64,000 bases of DNA from Eledone cirrhosa (taxonomy: Eukaryota), in NCBI GenBank assembly GCA_964016885.1, contig OZ024747.1:71114001-71178000 (forward strand). Direction: 5' to 3'. The notes under the pieces were generated by a model that was not told the DNA's origin, searched no databases, and saw nothing but the letters and a program-made list of their open reading frames with translations. The position numbers and the translations under genes are program-made. This document shows, one piece after another, positions 29,129 to 49,472 of the stretch; position 1 is the first letter of the stretch; each line of letters begins with the position of its first letter.

Positions 29129-29436
29129 TTTTCCCTTCCTAGGGCTAAACGTCCCAGGAACGACAAAATATACAACCTCCTGCCAGCTAATAAAGGTCTG
29201 AAAGGTCGTAAAAGTGACCCGTATATATATATATATTTATATGAATATATATGTAAAGTATATATATATATATATATGAGTATATATATATATATGTATA
29301 TATATGAATATTTATATATATGTGTCTATATATATGCATATATATGTATATATATATGTATATATATATGTATGTATATGTTTATTTATATATATGTATA
29401 TGTGTATATATATATATATATGTATATATCTATCTA

Positions 29437-29532
<96 letters not shown>

Positions 29533-29539
29533 TGTGTGT

Positions 29540-29828
29540 ACACGTGAGCGTGACATCGTCTCATCTCCATACACTTGCTGCAGCAACCCCAGTGCTTCTG
29601 ACGGAGTTTTAAAGTTAGTTCGTTGCTCTGTGCTCATTGCTTGATGACCTGAAACAGAGGACCTGTAGATAAAATTATGAAGAAAAAAGTTTGAACGCTA
29701 CAGAGCTAAGATTTCAGTTACATACTCCAGGGGGATTACTTTGAAGGAGAAAACTCTTAGTGTGAAGTTTGGGTTTGAAATAAATCTTTTGTGACATAAG
29801 TCCTGGAACTTTTTTGACACACCTCGTA
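29540..29828 (-). mobile_element. Mariner 5' end with deleted N-terminal transposase fragment (duplicate 35458-35746)
   Basis: TIR TA-CGAGGTGTGTCAAAAAAGTTCC; [33 protein letters not shown] resembles the mariner HTH. Confidence 0.8.
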
Positions 29829-30046
29829 TATATATATATATTTGTATATACATATATATGTTTGTATATATATATATATATGCATATATATGCATATATT
29901 TATGCATATATATGTATATATCTATATATGTATATATATGTATGTATATGTGTATATATATATATATGTATATATATGTATATATATGTATGTATATATG
30001 TATGTATATATATATATGTATGTATATATATATGTATGTATATGTA

Positions 30047-30411
30047 TAGAAGGAAAACTCTGATATAACACCTGCAACCCTGATGGTATCCAATGATGTT
30101 GACTTGTTCTTCTTTTTGGTAAATATCATCTTGGTTAAGAGAGTGGGACTGGCTTTGTGCAGTGCCTTTGCTCACTATAAAAGCTTCATGTCACAGGCAT
30201 TGCTTTATATCTGGAGATCTCTCTGCACTTGTTACATGGTACCATGGGCCCAGCACTGTGTATCAATAATTGTCACAAGTGTAGTGTTTGTACCAGAGTT
30301 TTCAAGTCGCTGGCTGGACTAAAAAGTCACACTCATTCAGCGCATCGGTAGGGGTTCTCCTACATGGATATAAAGTAGTGGCCGTACTCGAAAACGAGTT
30401 GGCAGCCACCA
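30047..30411 (+). mobile_element. Non-autonomous RTE-related retroposon, 5'-truncated (duplicate 35965-36329)
   Basis: Reverse complement of 49783-50150. Confidence 0.8.
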
Positions 30412-30500
30412 TGTATATGTATATATATATGTATATATAAGTATGTATATATATATATGTGTATATAAGTATGTGTATAAATATATATATGTGTGTATAA

Positions 30501-30531
<31 letters not shown>

Positions 30532-30579
30532 TATGTATGTATATATATATATGTATATATATGTATATATATATATGTG

Positions 30580-30610
<31 letters not shown>

Positions 30611-30686
30611 GTGTAGTATACGTGTATATATGCATATATATGTATATGTGTGTATATATATATATGTGTGTGATTGTGAATATATA

Positions 30687-30745
<59 letters not shown>

Positions 30746-30856
30746 ATGTGTGTGTATATATATATATATGTATATGTGTGTATATATATGTATATGTGTA
30801 TATATATATGTGTGTGTATGTATGTATGTATATGTATATGCGTGTGCATATATGTA

Positions 30857-30888
<32 letters not shown>

Positions 30889-30930
30889 AATGTATGTGTG
30901 TGTGTATATATATACGTATGTATATATATG

Positions 30931-30994
<64 letters not shown>

Positions 30995-31142
30995 AATATA
31001 TACATGTACACACACACACACATATATATATGTGAAAGAGAGAGGGAGAGAGAGAGAGAGAGAAAGGGAAGGAGGAAGGGAGAGAGATTTTTAGAAAGTG
31101 TAGAAAATCTGGAATGTAGCAAATATCTGTTGATTTTTATAA

Positions 31143-31332
31143 ATAATTATTTCTATTTTAGGCACAAGGCCAGCAATTACTCAGTGCATTACTGGTACTT
31201 TATTTTATCGACCCTGTAAGGATGAAAGGCAAAGTTAACCTCTGCGGGATTTGAACTCAGAATGGCAAGGGCCGTAACTCTATGCTGCAAGCATGGCGTC
31301 CGACTCTCTACTGATACTGCCAATCCACCGCC
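31143..31332 (-). mobile_element. SINE family A (duplicate 37059-37248)
   Basis: Full head, body and tail. Confidence 0.9.
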
Positions 31333-31774
31333 TTGTTATAAATAATAGCTTCAAAACTCGGGTAAAACAGCCTAAAGACGGTAGAAAGTGACAGGCAACT
31401 GTTACTGAAAATCGAAGTATGTACTTTTCAATCCAATCGACACCCCGATGGTTCGTTTACACACACATACACACAAACCACATCACACATACATACACCC
31501 ACCCACCCCACACATATACATGTATATATTTATATATATATTCAATATATAGGGGCACATAGAACCAAAGACAATGGAAATAACAACGCAAAGATGGAGA
31601 GACGCATCTCCTCAGTCAACCTCTAGAATTCACTATGTTATCGGTTCACTAAGCTTGATACCAATCATCCCAGTGCACATTGGAACATAACAAAACAGGG
31701 AGATACAAAGTATGCGTTTAGGCAAATTACACATCTACAGATCACCCAAGAGAAAAATATATAGAAAAGAGAGG

Positions 31775-31926
<152 letters not shown>

Positions 31927-32055
31927 GTATATATATATATGTATATATATGTATATATATATATGTATATATATGTATATATATATGTATGTATATATAT
32001 GTATATATATATATATGTATATATGTATATATATATATATATACATATATATTGT

Positions 32056-32175
32056 GAAGGCGTGTGGCTGAGTGGTTAGAGAATTGGATTCGCAATCGTA
32101 AGGTTGTGAGTTCGATTCCTGGACCAGGTGATGCGTTATGTCCTTGAGCAAGACCCTTTATTTCATGTTGCTCCT
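32056..32175 (+). mobile_element. SINE family B 5' part (duplicate 37972-38091)
   Basis: A-box TGGCTGAGTGG, B-box GAGTTCGATTCC, then tgtccttgagcaagac (CORE-like). Confidence 0.8.
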
Positions 32176-32581
32176 TCTACCTGGAGTTGCGACCGATAGA
32201 TAGTATTAGCAATTGGAAAGACCAACGGAAACATTGTTCCCTCAGTCCGATTTGACGAAAGTCGATCGACTAGAAGAATTGTGAGTAACTTGTGGCTACT
32301 AGCAGTGACAGCGGTCGATGCTGTTCCTGGGTCCGTCTATCACTGTGTTATGCTCTAATGATGGTCCAATTAGATCCAAAAATCGATTAAAGAAGTTTAT
32401 TATTTGTTCAATTAATAGGGAAATTCGTATTTTCTGGCATATTGACATGTCCACATATAAGAAATGTATGAATATTTATATACACGTGGGTGAAATCTTG
32501 GTTACACACTTTGTAATTATACAGATATAACTTTTTCATATATACACAACACACATACACATACACACACACATACATATG

Positions 32582-32623
<42 letters not shown>

Positions 32624-32747
32624 CATTGGCTTGTGAGGCATTCGGGAAATAAGGGGTTTGCTTCCTTGCATGCGCCACTGACCACTTTTTTTAGTCTCTA
32701 ATATTCTCACTTATCATTTAGAGTTGTTGATCATTATTATAGATCTT

Positions 32748-33048
32748 AGTTCAAATCCCGCCGAGGTTAACTTTGCCTTTCATCCTTACGGGGTCGATAA
32801 AATAAAGTACCAGTAATGTACTGGGTAATTGCTGGCCTTGTGCCAAAAGTAGAAACAATTATTATGGATTGGCAATATCGGTACAGGGTCGGACGCAATG
32901 CTTTGCAGCATAGAGTGCCGGCCCTTTGCGGCCTGAGTTCAAATCCATCCAAGGTTAACTTTGCCTTTCATCCTTACAAAGTCGATAAAGTACCAGTAAT
33001 ACACTGGAATAATTGCTGGCCTTGTGCAAAAAGTAGAAACAATTATTA
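32748..33048 (+). mobile_element. Two head-to-tail family-A SINEs (duplicate 38664-38964)
   Basis: 5'-truncated copy followed by a near-full copy starting in its tail. Confidence 0.85.
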
Positions 33049-33062
33049 TGTTCAAACATGAA

Positions 33063-38981
<5,919 letters not shown>

Positions 38982-39125
38982 GTGTGTGTGTGTGTGTGTG
39001 TGTGTGTGCGTATCCCGGGTTCAATCGGGGGTAACCACAGTCAGTAAGGTACTCAATACATAGCAGAGTATAAATATTTAATATAGAAATGGCTTCTATA
39101 GGACTAGAACTGTTTATATATATAT

Positions 39126-39177
<52 letters not shown>

Positions 39178-39244
39178 CAAGGTCTAGCAAATAAGAAAAA
39201 GTTTTAAAATAAATTTTAAAAAATTCACTGTCCCTGCTGTAGTT

Positions 39245-39330
39245 ACCCTTACCGTACGGTTTCAAGTCTCAAAAATAAATGGATAGTCCTTACGGACATC
39301 CATTGAAAAGAAAGACCCTCGTCAGAAGGT
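39245..39330 (-). ncRNA. Type I hammerhead ribozyme with long helix II capped by a GUAA tetraloop
   Basis: acctt-CTGACGA-gggtctt..aatggat-gtcc-GTAA-ggac-t-atccatt..gagactt-GAAA-CCGTACGG-TA-agggt. Confidence 0.85.
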
Positions 39331-39573
39331 TCTTTTCACTCGGAGAATATAAAATTCCCGAGTTCAAATTACGAACTGGCGCTATTCAAAATTGTACCCG
39401 AGATGAGAGTGAATGATATAGAAGCAATTCTGTCCAGTGCCGTGTGCAAAGATAGAAGGCAGAGGCGGAAAGGTCAATCCACTGCCACTAGAAATAGCAG
39501 CAGTCAAAACTACCAAAATGTTATCTCGACTAGGAGAGATTAATAATAATAAAGTATATATCCCTACATGCAA

Positions 39574-39642
<69 letters not shown>

Positions 39643-40303
39643 GTATCTTTGTTTGTTTGTGTGTGTATGTATATATGTATGTATGTATGTATGTATATAT
39701 GTATGGTGATATGATGAGAACAATTTCCGTCTACTCAAATTCCATTCACAAGTTATTGGTCAATCAGAGAGTAAAATACGACCACACCGTTATGCTTGAG
39801 CTTGTGTGTATCTATGTTTTTAATGGTATCTGGATATGCGACCTTGAAGGAATTTATGTTGTTGGAATACTAGCCAAATCTTCCCTAAACCACTGGATAC
39901 CGTTTTAAAGAAATGCGGGATATATCGTATAATACATAGATACACAAAGGTTTTTAAAAATCGATGCACCAGACATAAGGTGGACGCTTTTGAAAATATG
40001 CCTGCTCGATCAAGGCTGATTGGGTCTGAACAATAACAACAAAAATCAATTGAAATTTTGTTAATTGGCAAATTTTATAGCACTAAAATTTAAATGATTT
40101 GGCAACTACAACTACAAGGGGGGAGATTCGATGAGAGTGTATAAATCAAAAGCTCCTGATCTACAATCGATTGAAGTATTGTTTCTCATCCCCTCACTCT
40201 TTTCTTCTCTATATATATAAATATTTAGCTGTATCACACTTCTCTACTTATCCGATATTTGCATTTGCATTGCTTTATTGTTCTACAATAAAACTCACCT
40301 CTT

Positions 40304-40359
<56 letters not shown>

Positions 40360-40986
40360 CTGTCGAAACGGCCGAAGCTCAGCCGTGGGGTCCTGACTCT
40401 TTTCCTATTACCCTTTCTACTACCCTAAGTATCGAATACTCTGGTGCGTTATGGTCTACCTGGTATCTTACCACACAATCTTTCTTATATATATATCATG
40501 TATACACGCACAAGCAAGGTGAAAAATCTAAGGTAAGTATGTAAACAAATAGAAGACGAAACAAAAACTTTGTAGTGGTGCTAGAAACTTGAAGTTAAAC
40601 ATTGATGTGTAAATTGGAAATGGTGTTTCCTAGGTATAATACAAAACATCAACACTTTGGTGTCATGGTGTGGTATGACTTGACAAAATTGTTGAATTAA
40701 TTGTGCCCTGAATTTATTATATTCAGTGGACGCACGAATGTGTTGGACCTTCGTCAGTTCTTGATATTACCTGATAGAATCATTGTTTCAAGGGTACGCG
40801 GGATCAGATGGGTTATATTGTCGAATGGAGCTAAGATTTGGTGATCTCAATACGACAACTGATCTACGAATGCACGCAAATATATTTATATTTATTTACT
40901 GTCTCCAATTCTCTGGTATTAGTTTGTGTCAAAATAAAAGACGATGTGCCTTGGTTATTATTTCTCTCTCCCTCTCTCTCTCTTTC

Positions 40987-41107
<121 letters not shown>

Positions 41108-41559
41108 GCCTGCCTGTATGCCTGTCTGTCTGTCTGTCTCTCTGTGGGTATATAGGAAATCCGTAGATGACTGTTGAAGGAAAACAATGCTCAATCTGGT
41201 CCAAGAGAGCTTATGTTGTGTAATACATGTTAAGTATATTGACACTATATAAGAAGACTGACTGAATACGCACTTGTTTTTTACCCTGATCCTTCCATTC
41301 ATCACTCTTTACTTTCTAGATATCATCTATTCCTAACTATTTTCTTATGAAGGATTTGTGTACGAAACTTTAAGGCGCTCTTCCTGCTCTATCAAGCGTT
41401 AAACTAATATATTTCTTCTATGTACTGTGCCATTTCTTTATATATATAAATATATATATATATACATATATATATACATATATATATATATGGGGGAGGG
41501 GCAGTGTGAATTTTCTTTTTGAAGGACTACTGGCTTTTCAAATTTAGCGGTCCATCTAG

Positions 41560-41935
41560 CACTGACGGAGACCATCACTGATTATTAATATCGATGTAAT
41601 TTTTTTATATCGATATTGCATGGGCATCCACTGATGAGTTATAAGGGCCCGCTTGTGTGTATATCTATATATTATATACAAGTTTTTACATAACTTGGAC
41701 ATTATTTATCCCAACTTGTAGAAATCTTATACCGAAACGATCGTATGGAAAGAAAGAGAGAATTATTTAATTATGTCTAATATAAAATAATACAACCAGC
41801 TATCCACGGAATACTATATAGTTAGCACCCCAAACACTTAATTGGGATTATACTTAGGTATATCCTAATGTTTGTTGAGTGAGATGGAGTTGGTCGGAGT
41901 ATCGCTATTAGCTTTCTCTGTTAATGTATTAAATA
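41560..41935 (+). mobile_element. ~375-bp hammerhead-containing repeat; diverged inverted copy at 42815-43190
   Basis: e.g. cctaatgtttgttgag..ggagtatcgctattagctttctc vs its reverse complement at 42826-42882. Confidence 0.8.
41627..41749 (+). ncRNA. Type I hammerhead ribozyme with ~95-nt helix II domain
   Basis: tcca-CTGATGA-gttataag..cttatacc-GAAA-CGATCG-TA-tgga. Confidence 0.8.
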
Positions 41936-41994
41936 TATATATATATATATTAAGTTCATATGTAGATATGTCATTATCTGTAAACCAATTATTG

Positions 41995-42055
41995 TATTTT
42001 ATCTGACGATAGCATACCAAAATACTGGTACCCTTGAAATATATATAATAAAATA
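41995..42055 (+). ncRNA. Type I hammerhead ribozyme, AU-rich family (copy 2)
   Basis: tattttat-CTGACGA..tacca/tggta..GAAA-TATATA-TA-ataaaata; 8-bp helix I. Confidence 0.7.
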
Positions 42056-42096
42056 AATAAGGTTTTAAAAAGATAGTTTCCATTTATTTATATTAT

Positions 42097-42130
<34 letters not shown>

Positions 42131-42381
42131 CGGCGATGGATTAGTTTTGCGATTTATGATAAACTATATATATGTGTTTGTGTCTATATTGTATCTGTAT
42201 TATTTTTGACCGTCGGTCAGTCAATGGCAACATTGAGGACCGAGTAAGTTAGATTACCGATATAAAAGACACAGAAGCGAGAAGCGAAAACCAACCAAAC
42301 AGTGAGTGTGTTCTGTTATTAATTCTGGCAATATTACACAAATATGACCCTCCCCAAGTATAACAATATATATATATATAA

Positions 42382-42585
42382 TAATAATAATAATAATTGT
42401 TTCTATTTTAGGCACAAGGCCAGCAATTATCCAGTACATTACTAGTACTTTATTTTATCGACCCCGTAAGGATGAAAGGCAAAGTTAACCTCGGCAGGAT
42501 TTGAACTCAGATCATAAAGGGACGTAACTCTATGCTTCAAAGCATGGTGTCCGACTCTCTACCGATACTGCCAATCCACCGCCCT
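42382..42585 (-). mobile_element. SINE family A between (AAT)n tracts
   Basis: Full-length reverse complement. Confidence 0.9.
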
Positions 42586-42678
42586 CAATAATAATAATAA
42601 TAATAAATCAGAAGATCCCGTTAACGGTGAAAGCATCGATTCTTTGCTTAAACTTTAATCTCTTATTTTAATAAATAA

Positions 42679-42717
<39 letters not shown>

Positions 42718-42732
42718 CTTTCTCCGTTTATG

Positions 42733-42786
<54 letters not shown>

Positions 42787-42990
42787 TATAAATATATATA
42801 TAAATATATATATAAATACATAAACGGAGAAAGCTAATAGCGATACTCCGGCCAAATCTCAACTCAATCAACAAACATTAGGAAATACCTGAGTATATTC
42901 CTAATTAAACGTTCGGGGTGCTAACTAATTGTATTGTGTGGAGAATTGGCTGTATCATTTCATATGAGATATATCAAATATATCTCTTCC

Positions 42991-43118
42991 TAGACAGACG
43001 ACTCGTTTCATTATAAGATTCCTACAAGTTGGGTGAAATTATACCAATTTATGTAGAAGCTTGTATAAGATCAACAGATACTTATTCAAGTCGGCTCTTA
43101 TAATTCTTCAGTGGGTCG
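42991..43118 (-). ncRNA. Type I hammerhead ribozyme, diverged homologue of 41627-41749
   Basis: ccca-CTGAAGA-attataag..cttataat-GAAA-CGAGTCG-TC. Confidence 0.7.
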
Positions 43119-44463
43119 CCAATAACATTAATATTGATAGTCAAATCAACATCAATATTTAGCGATAATCACCATCAGTGCTTGAGGTAGCTGTTAGGTT
43201 GCTAGCCCAGCAGTTCTAAAGAAATTCTCATACTGTCTCAAAAAAGGAGGAAGGAGAATTACCGCCAAAAAACAATACATGCGCAGGACAATGAATTCTA
43301 ATAGGAATTCAAGCCACGTGCTAGAACTCAATTGGAATTTGAAAAAATACCCATATGTGTACATCATTTGATGACACACACATATATATATATATATATA
43401 ACGAAGGAAGTGTGGTAAGGAACCAGATGGGCCATAACGCACAAGAGTACTCAATACTTAGGGTAGTAGAGTGGGTAATATGAAATAGCCGTCAAAACGG
43501 CTTGAGCTCTGCCGTCGGGGTTTAAAATGTTCATATATATATATATGCATAGGTACATACTTACCTTATGTTGAATTCGATTCGAGTAGTCTAATGTATA
43601 CCCACTATTAAATCATTTTTAGATGATCGTTGTGGACATTTTCCCATAGAACAACTTTTCTTTTTAGTGGACAGTGCAACATTATCACTATAACCACCAC
43701 CACCATCATAATCATCATCCTCATGATCACATTTACAAAGAACAACAGCAACAACATCAACAACAGCAAATACAAGAACAGCAATAACAACATCACCAGT
43801 CAAAGTCAAATAAATATTCACACAACTACAGCAATATTGCAAATAAATGATAGCGACTGCAATGAAAATCTTAGCTACAACCATTTTTAATCTGCAATAT
43901 CGACTGACATATTGAATCTCTGTTAATCTTGAGTTTTTCAGAACGAGCGTTTTTGACAGTCATCTCTCTGGCCACGTACATATTAACGAAGACCGTAAAT
44001 TTTCTTTACTCTGGTTGAATTTTCTGCAGTAGTTGCAGTGCTTCACGGCGACAGAGGTTAGTTTAGTGATATGCTTCTTGCACGACCATGACAACATTAC
44101 TGCTTACAATCCTTGCTATATGTATTCACAAACATAGATACAGATCTAACGACAGCCCATACACACACGATGTGGATTCATACGTTGAATGCGAATCGCA
44201 TATGTATGTGTGAGTGGAAGTGAATGTAGATGTGTACTACATTCAACGTGTTGGTTTATGTATTAATGTATATCAATGTGTGCTTATATATATATATATG
44301 GGTGGCTATGTACATGTTTCACCTGGAGTTCATAAAAAGTTATTGATGATGCACACTGTCTCACACATACTGTCTCTCTCTCTCTCTTTCCTCTCTCTTT
44401 CTCTCTCTCACACACACACATACACACATATACATACATATACATATATATATATATATATAT

Positions 44464-45242
<779 letters not shown>

Positions 45243-46149
45243 CATCGTATGTTCGTTTTTGACCGTTTTCCATGTTTGTAAGAGTTTGATGGTTTGTCAC
45301 CTTCCAGGATTAGGCATATCGGTTGACCACATCCTGGTCATTCGTTCCAGTTTGCCATGGTTTCTATGGCTGGATCTTCTTCCTAATGCCAATCCATTTA
45401 CTGGGTGTACTAGATGCGTTTTATCGCGGAGTTAGTATCATCGCCTGCAGAGTGCACTGGGTGCATCCCAAGGCGGTTTTCTCAACCGAACAGGAAGCGG
45501 GAGTGGTGAGAGGGTGGATGAGAGATGAGAGCATGGTGCATGTGTCCGTGGCATTCAGGTTGAGCAGGTGAGAGACAGGGGGGAGACAGAGAGACAGAGA
45601 GAGAGGGGGGAGACAGTGAGACAGAGAGAGATAAAGTGAGAGAGAGAGAGAGAGAGGGGGGGGGGGAGAGAGAGAGTGAGAGAGAGAGAGAGGTGAGAGA
45701 GGAAGAGAGAGAAGAGATAGTAAAGGCAGGTACCATATTGGATGGTTTGATACTCCTGTTAGTTGTTTGTATACCGCAAGATATTTACAATGTAATTTTC
45801 AAATAAATATCAGCCATTGAATTAAAGAAAAGAAGAGAAGTTTCTAATAATCTCGCATATTCCAATGTTTTCTCTTACTTTGCATTTTGGGTGTATTTTT
45901 CTGCTTTCTCTTTTTTCTGACTGCACTGGGAAATTGAAGATTAGTCTTTAAATTATGGGTTTGTGAATGGAGAAAGACATTCTCTCTCTTTCTCTCTTTC
46001 TCTCTTTCTCTCTTTCTCTATATATATATCGAGCCCTCTTTGGATTTTAGTCTTCAAATTTATTATTATTACTATATATTATCTTTTACTCTTTTACCTG
46101 TTTCAGCCATCCGGCTGAGGCCATGCTGGGGCACCGCCCTTGAAATATA

Positions 46150-46345
46150 TATATATTTAATATAGAAAAGGCTTCTATAAGACTAGAACTGTTTCATTCG
46201 GGAGAAATCTTCAGAAAGCCTGATGATTTCTCCCGAATGAAACAATTCTAGTCCTGTAGAAGCCTTTTCTATATTAAATATGTATACCCTGCTTCCTATT
46301 GAGTACCTAACTTACTGTGGTTACCTCCGATTGAACCCAGGATAA
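46150..46345. mobile_element. Head-to-head hammerhead-like pair in a ~130-bp palindrome
   Basis: tcttcag(46208-46214)-aaagc-ctgatga(46220-46226); each followed by tttctcccgaat-GAAAC..GTC. Confidence 0.6.
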
Positions 46346-46393
46346 ACTCATCTTATATATATATCCGTCTCTCTTTCTCTCTCACAAACAGAC

Positions 46394-46444
<51 letters not shown>

Positions 46445-46493
46445 GACAAGGTGCTGTGTGGTTACTAAAAACGAATATATATATATATTTACA

Positions 46494-46546
<53 letters not shown>

Positions 46547-46549
46547 CTG

Positions 46550-46760
46550 AATATATAAAGTTAGGGAAATCAACAAAGAGAAAACAAGACAACGAACGAA
46601 AACAAAGTAAAACGAAAAACAATAAAATATTATTTTTCTAAAATAAAAATAAAAACGAAATACACAATACTCCAGGGTCATTGGCCGTTGAGATGGACTT
46701 TAGTGATCTCGACTCCTACCAACGGTACTGCTGGCCCACCCTGGTCACAGTATCTGACAC
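46550..46760 (-). mobile_element. Repeat with variant hammerhead-like core (homologous to 63040-63480)
   Basis: agtaccgttggtagg.gtcga.a...aaagtccatctca shared. Confidence 0.6.
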
Positions 46761-46770
46761 AAGTCGGATA

Positions 46771-46833
46771 CAAGAAGAAGAAGAAGAAGAAGAAGAAGAA
46801 GAAGAAGAAGAAGAAGAAGAAGAAGAAGAAGAA
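46771..46833. repeat. (GAA)n/(GAT)n trinucleotide repeat
   Basis: Direct reading. Confidence 0.97.
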
Positions 46834-47069
46834 GAAGAAGATGATGATGATGATTCTATAGCAACCACCATTTTCTGATGAAATGCTCACTGCCTACCCA
46901 ACAGTTGAAATCGTCTACTGGTGGTCAATATCACTCCTGTTGGGTAACCCCGATGTAGAGCCTATCGCATTGGATCGAACTACAGTGATTTAACCTAGCG
47001 GCAAGTAATTATTAGGAAAATTAGAAATACGATAAATACAAGCTCACTAAGCAAACTCTATTCGGTAAC

Positions 47070-47286
47070 TGGTAGATTGATTGTATCGATAGAGCATAGG
47101 ACAGCATGCTTCGCAGCATAGAGTTGCGGCCCTTTACTTTCTGAGTTCAAATCCCGCCGCGGTTAGCTTTGCTTTTCATCCTTTCGGGGTTGATTAATTA
47201 AAGCATCAGTAAGTACTGGGATCGAATTAATTGAATACCCCACCCTCTTCAAATTGCTGTCCTTGAGCCTAAAGTAGAAACAATTA
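47070..47286 (+). mobile_element. Diverged SINE family A
   Basis: B-box gagttcaaatcc, body, tail. Confidence 0.8.
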
Positions 47287-47605
47287 CAGCTAGAAGCAAC
47301 AGTTGTCAAATCGTCTCGCTCAAATAGCATCATGTGGTCTGAAATAAAACAAAAAATAGATAGAGTGTATTTGATGATGCCTGCTCAATGAATGCCGATC
47401 AACCAAATGTATAAACAAACAAATTAAACAAATAAAATAGTTTACTTGTTTCAGTCATTACATTGCGACCGTGATTTAGTCGGTCATATCGACACCAGGA
47501 ATTATTGTTTCAAGTTTTGTCATTATTTTATCTCTTTCTGTCGAAACGCTAAAGAATACCAACATAAACAATAAACAAAGATGCAAACGTAAACATAAAT
47601 TCAAT

Positions 47606-47686
<81 letters not shown>

Positions 47687-47899
47687 ACACACACACTCAT
47701 CACCAAGCGTTAACCTTATATAACTGTGTACAATTACCTCCTGCGTTTTGTTCGTTCATTTCAATTATATATATATATATGTACACACATACGCACACAC
47801 ATACATACACAGAGACACACACACAGAGACACACACAGACACATGAAGTCCACTTTCAGTTTGAGATCACCTCTAAGAAGAATGTGTTCTGGGAGTCAA

Positions 47900-48178
47900 A
47901 AAGACCAACTGAAGTGGCTGTGAAATCTGTTTGAAGACAGATTTTGAGTGGGCCCGATACAGCCCTGGTTTCTGCTCCCTAGATTTATTTCTTTGGGGTT
48001 ATCTGAAGGATAGAGGACATGTCCACAAGCCCAGGCCCATCACTGAACTAAAGGAAACCATCATAAGGAAACCATAAGCGTCCCTAGGTCTATTTGTAAA
48101 GATGTTGTATTAAACTTTACCATGCGTCTCAAAAAATGCATAGGTTCAAATGGGGATTACTTGGTAAATGTGCTGTAA
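47900..48178 (+). pseudogene. Tc1/mariner-superfamily transposase C-terminal fossil
   Basis: EWARYSPGFCSLDLFLWGYLKDR..KPRPITELKETI..NFTMRLKKCIGSNG matches the WPPRSPDLNPLDFFLWGYLK pattern; frameshifted. Confidence 0.8.
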
Positions 48179-49029
48179 CTGAGGAGAGAAACATCACAAG
48201 ATAGTGAATTTTTGGTGCTGTTTTTAATGGTTCGAACTTAATATATCGGAGCACATCAGTCTGTCGAATAATGAATAACGTAAATAATGACCGAGTCTAT
48301 ATATATAGAGGGAGAGAAGTGTTGGATTTCAACATTTCTGTCGACCAAAGTCCATCTACAAGGCATTGGTCAACCTGGGGTGTGTTGTGTTTTCGAGTCA
48401 AATACTTTATTTCACTTTGTTCCTTCTGTGAGGAGTAGCAACCAGCAGATATTACCAGCAAGGGAAAGACCAATGGAAACATTGTTTCCTTTGACCGATC
48501 TAATAATCATCTCTTATTCTTTCCCTTTTTTCCTTCATCTGTATCCAACAATAACAAGCAACTGTATGGTAAGGTGTATATTTCCAACAGAGCAATGAGC
48601 GACAACAGATCGGACACACGCGCACAAAAGCCAGCTGCTTCTTTCACAGATGATGATTACAGTGTCAGATAAGTTTCCAGCACTCAGTAAGAATGGTCGA
48701 CATGCCGAGATGATTGGTACACATACACATACGCACACATACGGACACACAAACACACGCAAAAACAGACATACACATGTATTTATAAACACACACACAC
48801 ACACACAAGCGCACACACAGACACACACACACGCACACACATACACACATATATATATATATATGTATATATATTTATATATGTATATATATATATATAG
48901 AGAGAGAGAGAGAAAGAGAAAGAAAAAAGGGAAAGAAAGATACACAGCTTATTCACATTACACACACAGGCACGCACAAATATACATATACACACACACT
49001 CACACACATAAATATATATATACATACAT

Positions 49030-49165
49030 AATAATTGTTTCTACTTTTGGCACAGGGCCAACAATTTTCCCAGTATATTACTGGTACTTTATTTTATCGA
49101 CCCCGTAAGGATGAAAGGCAAAGTTAACCTCGGCGGGATTTGAACTCAGACAATAAAGGGCCATA
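49030..49165 (-). mobile_element. 5'-truncated SINE family A
   Basis: Tail, body, B-box. Confidence 0.85.
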
Positions 49166-49213
49166 ATAATACAAGGACGATTTGTTATATCTTCATTACG
49201 TTTATATATATAC

Positions 49214-49279
<66 letters not shown>

Positions 49280-49370
49280 CATGTGCACAAAACACAACAG
49301 GGAAGAGAAGAAAGATATATATAGAACATACATTACTCGCAGCTACACATATACATGTGTGTGTGTGCGC

Positions 49371-49472
<102 letters not shown>

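Noticed and set aside
32056-32125. tRNA gene
   Set aside because: A/B boxes run into a SINE body; no complete cloverleaf or terminator.
40625-40762. Minus CTGACGA with distant GAAA
   Set aside because: No convincing helix III or cleavage triplet.
43630-43890. Asn/Thr-rich coding exon
   Set aside because: Degenerate (AAC)/(ATC) repeats with no recognisable domain.
46740-46820. LINE 3' end with (GAA)n tail
   Set aside because: The adjacent sequence matches the 63365-63480 repeat, which lacks the GAA tract.
46872-46920. CTGATGA..GAAATCGTC on plus
   Set aside because: Helices I and III do not pair credibly.
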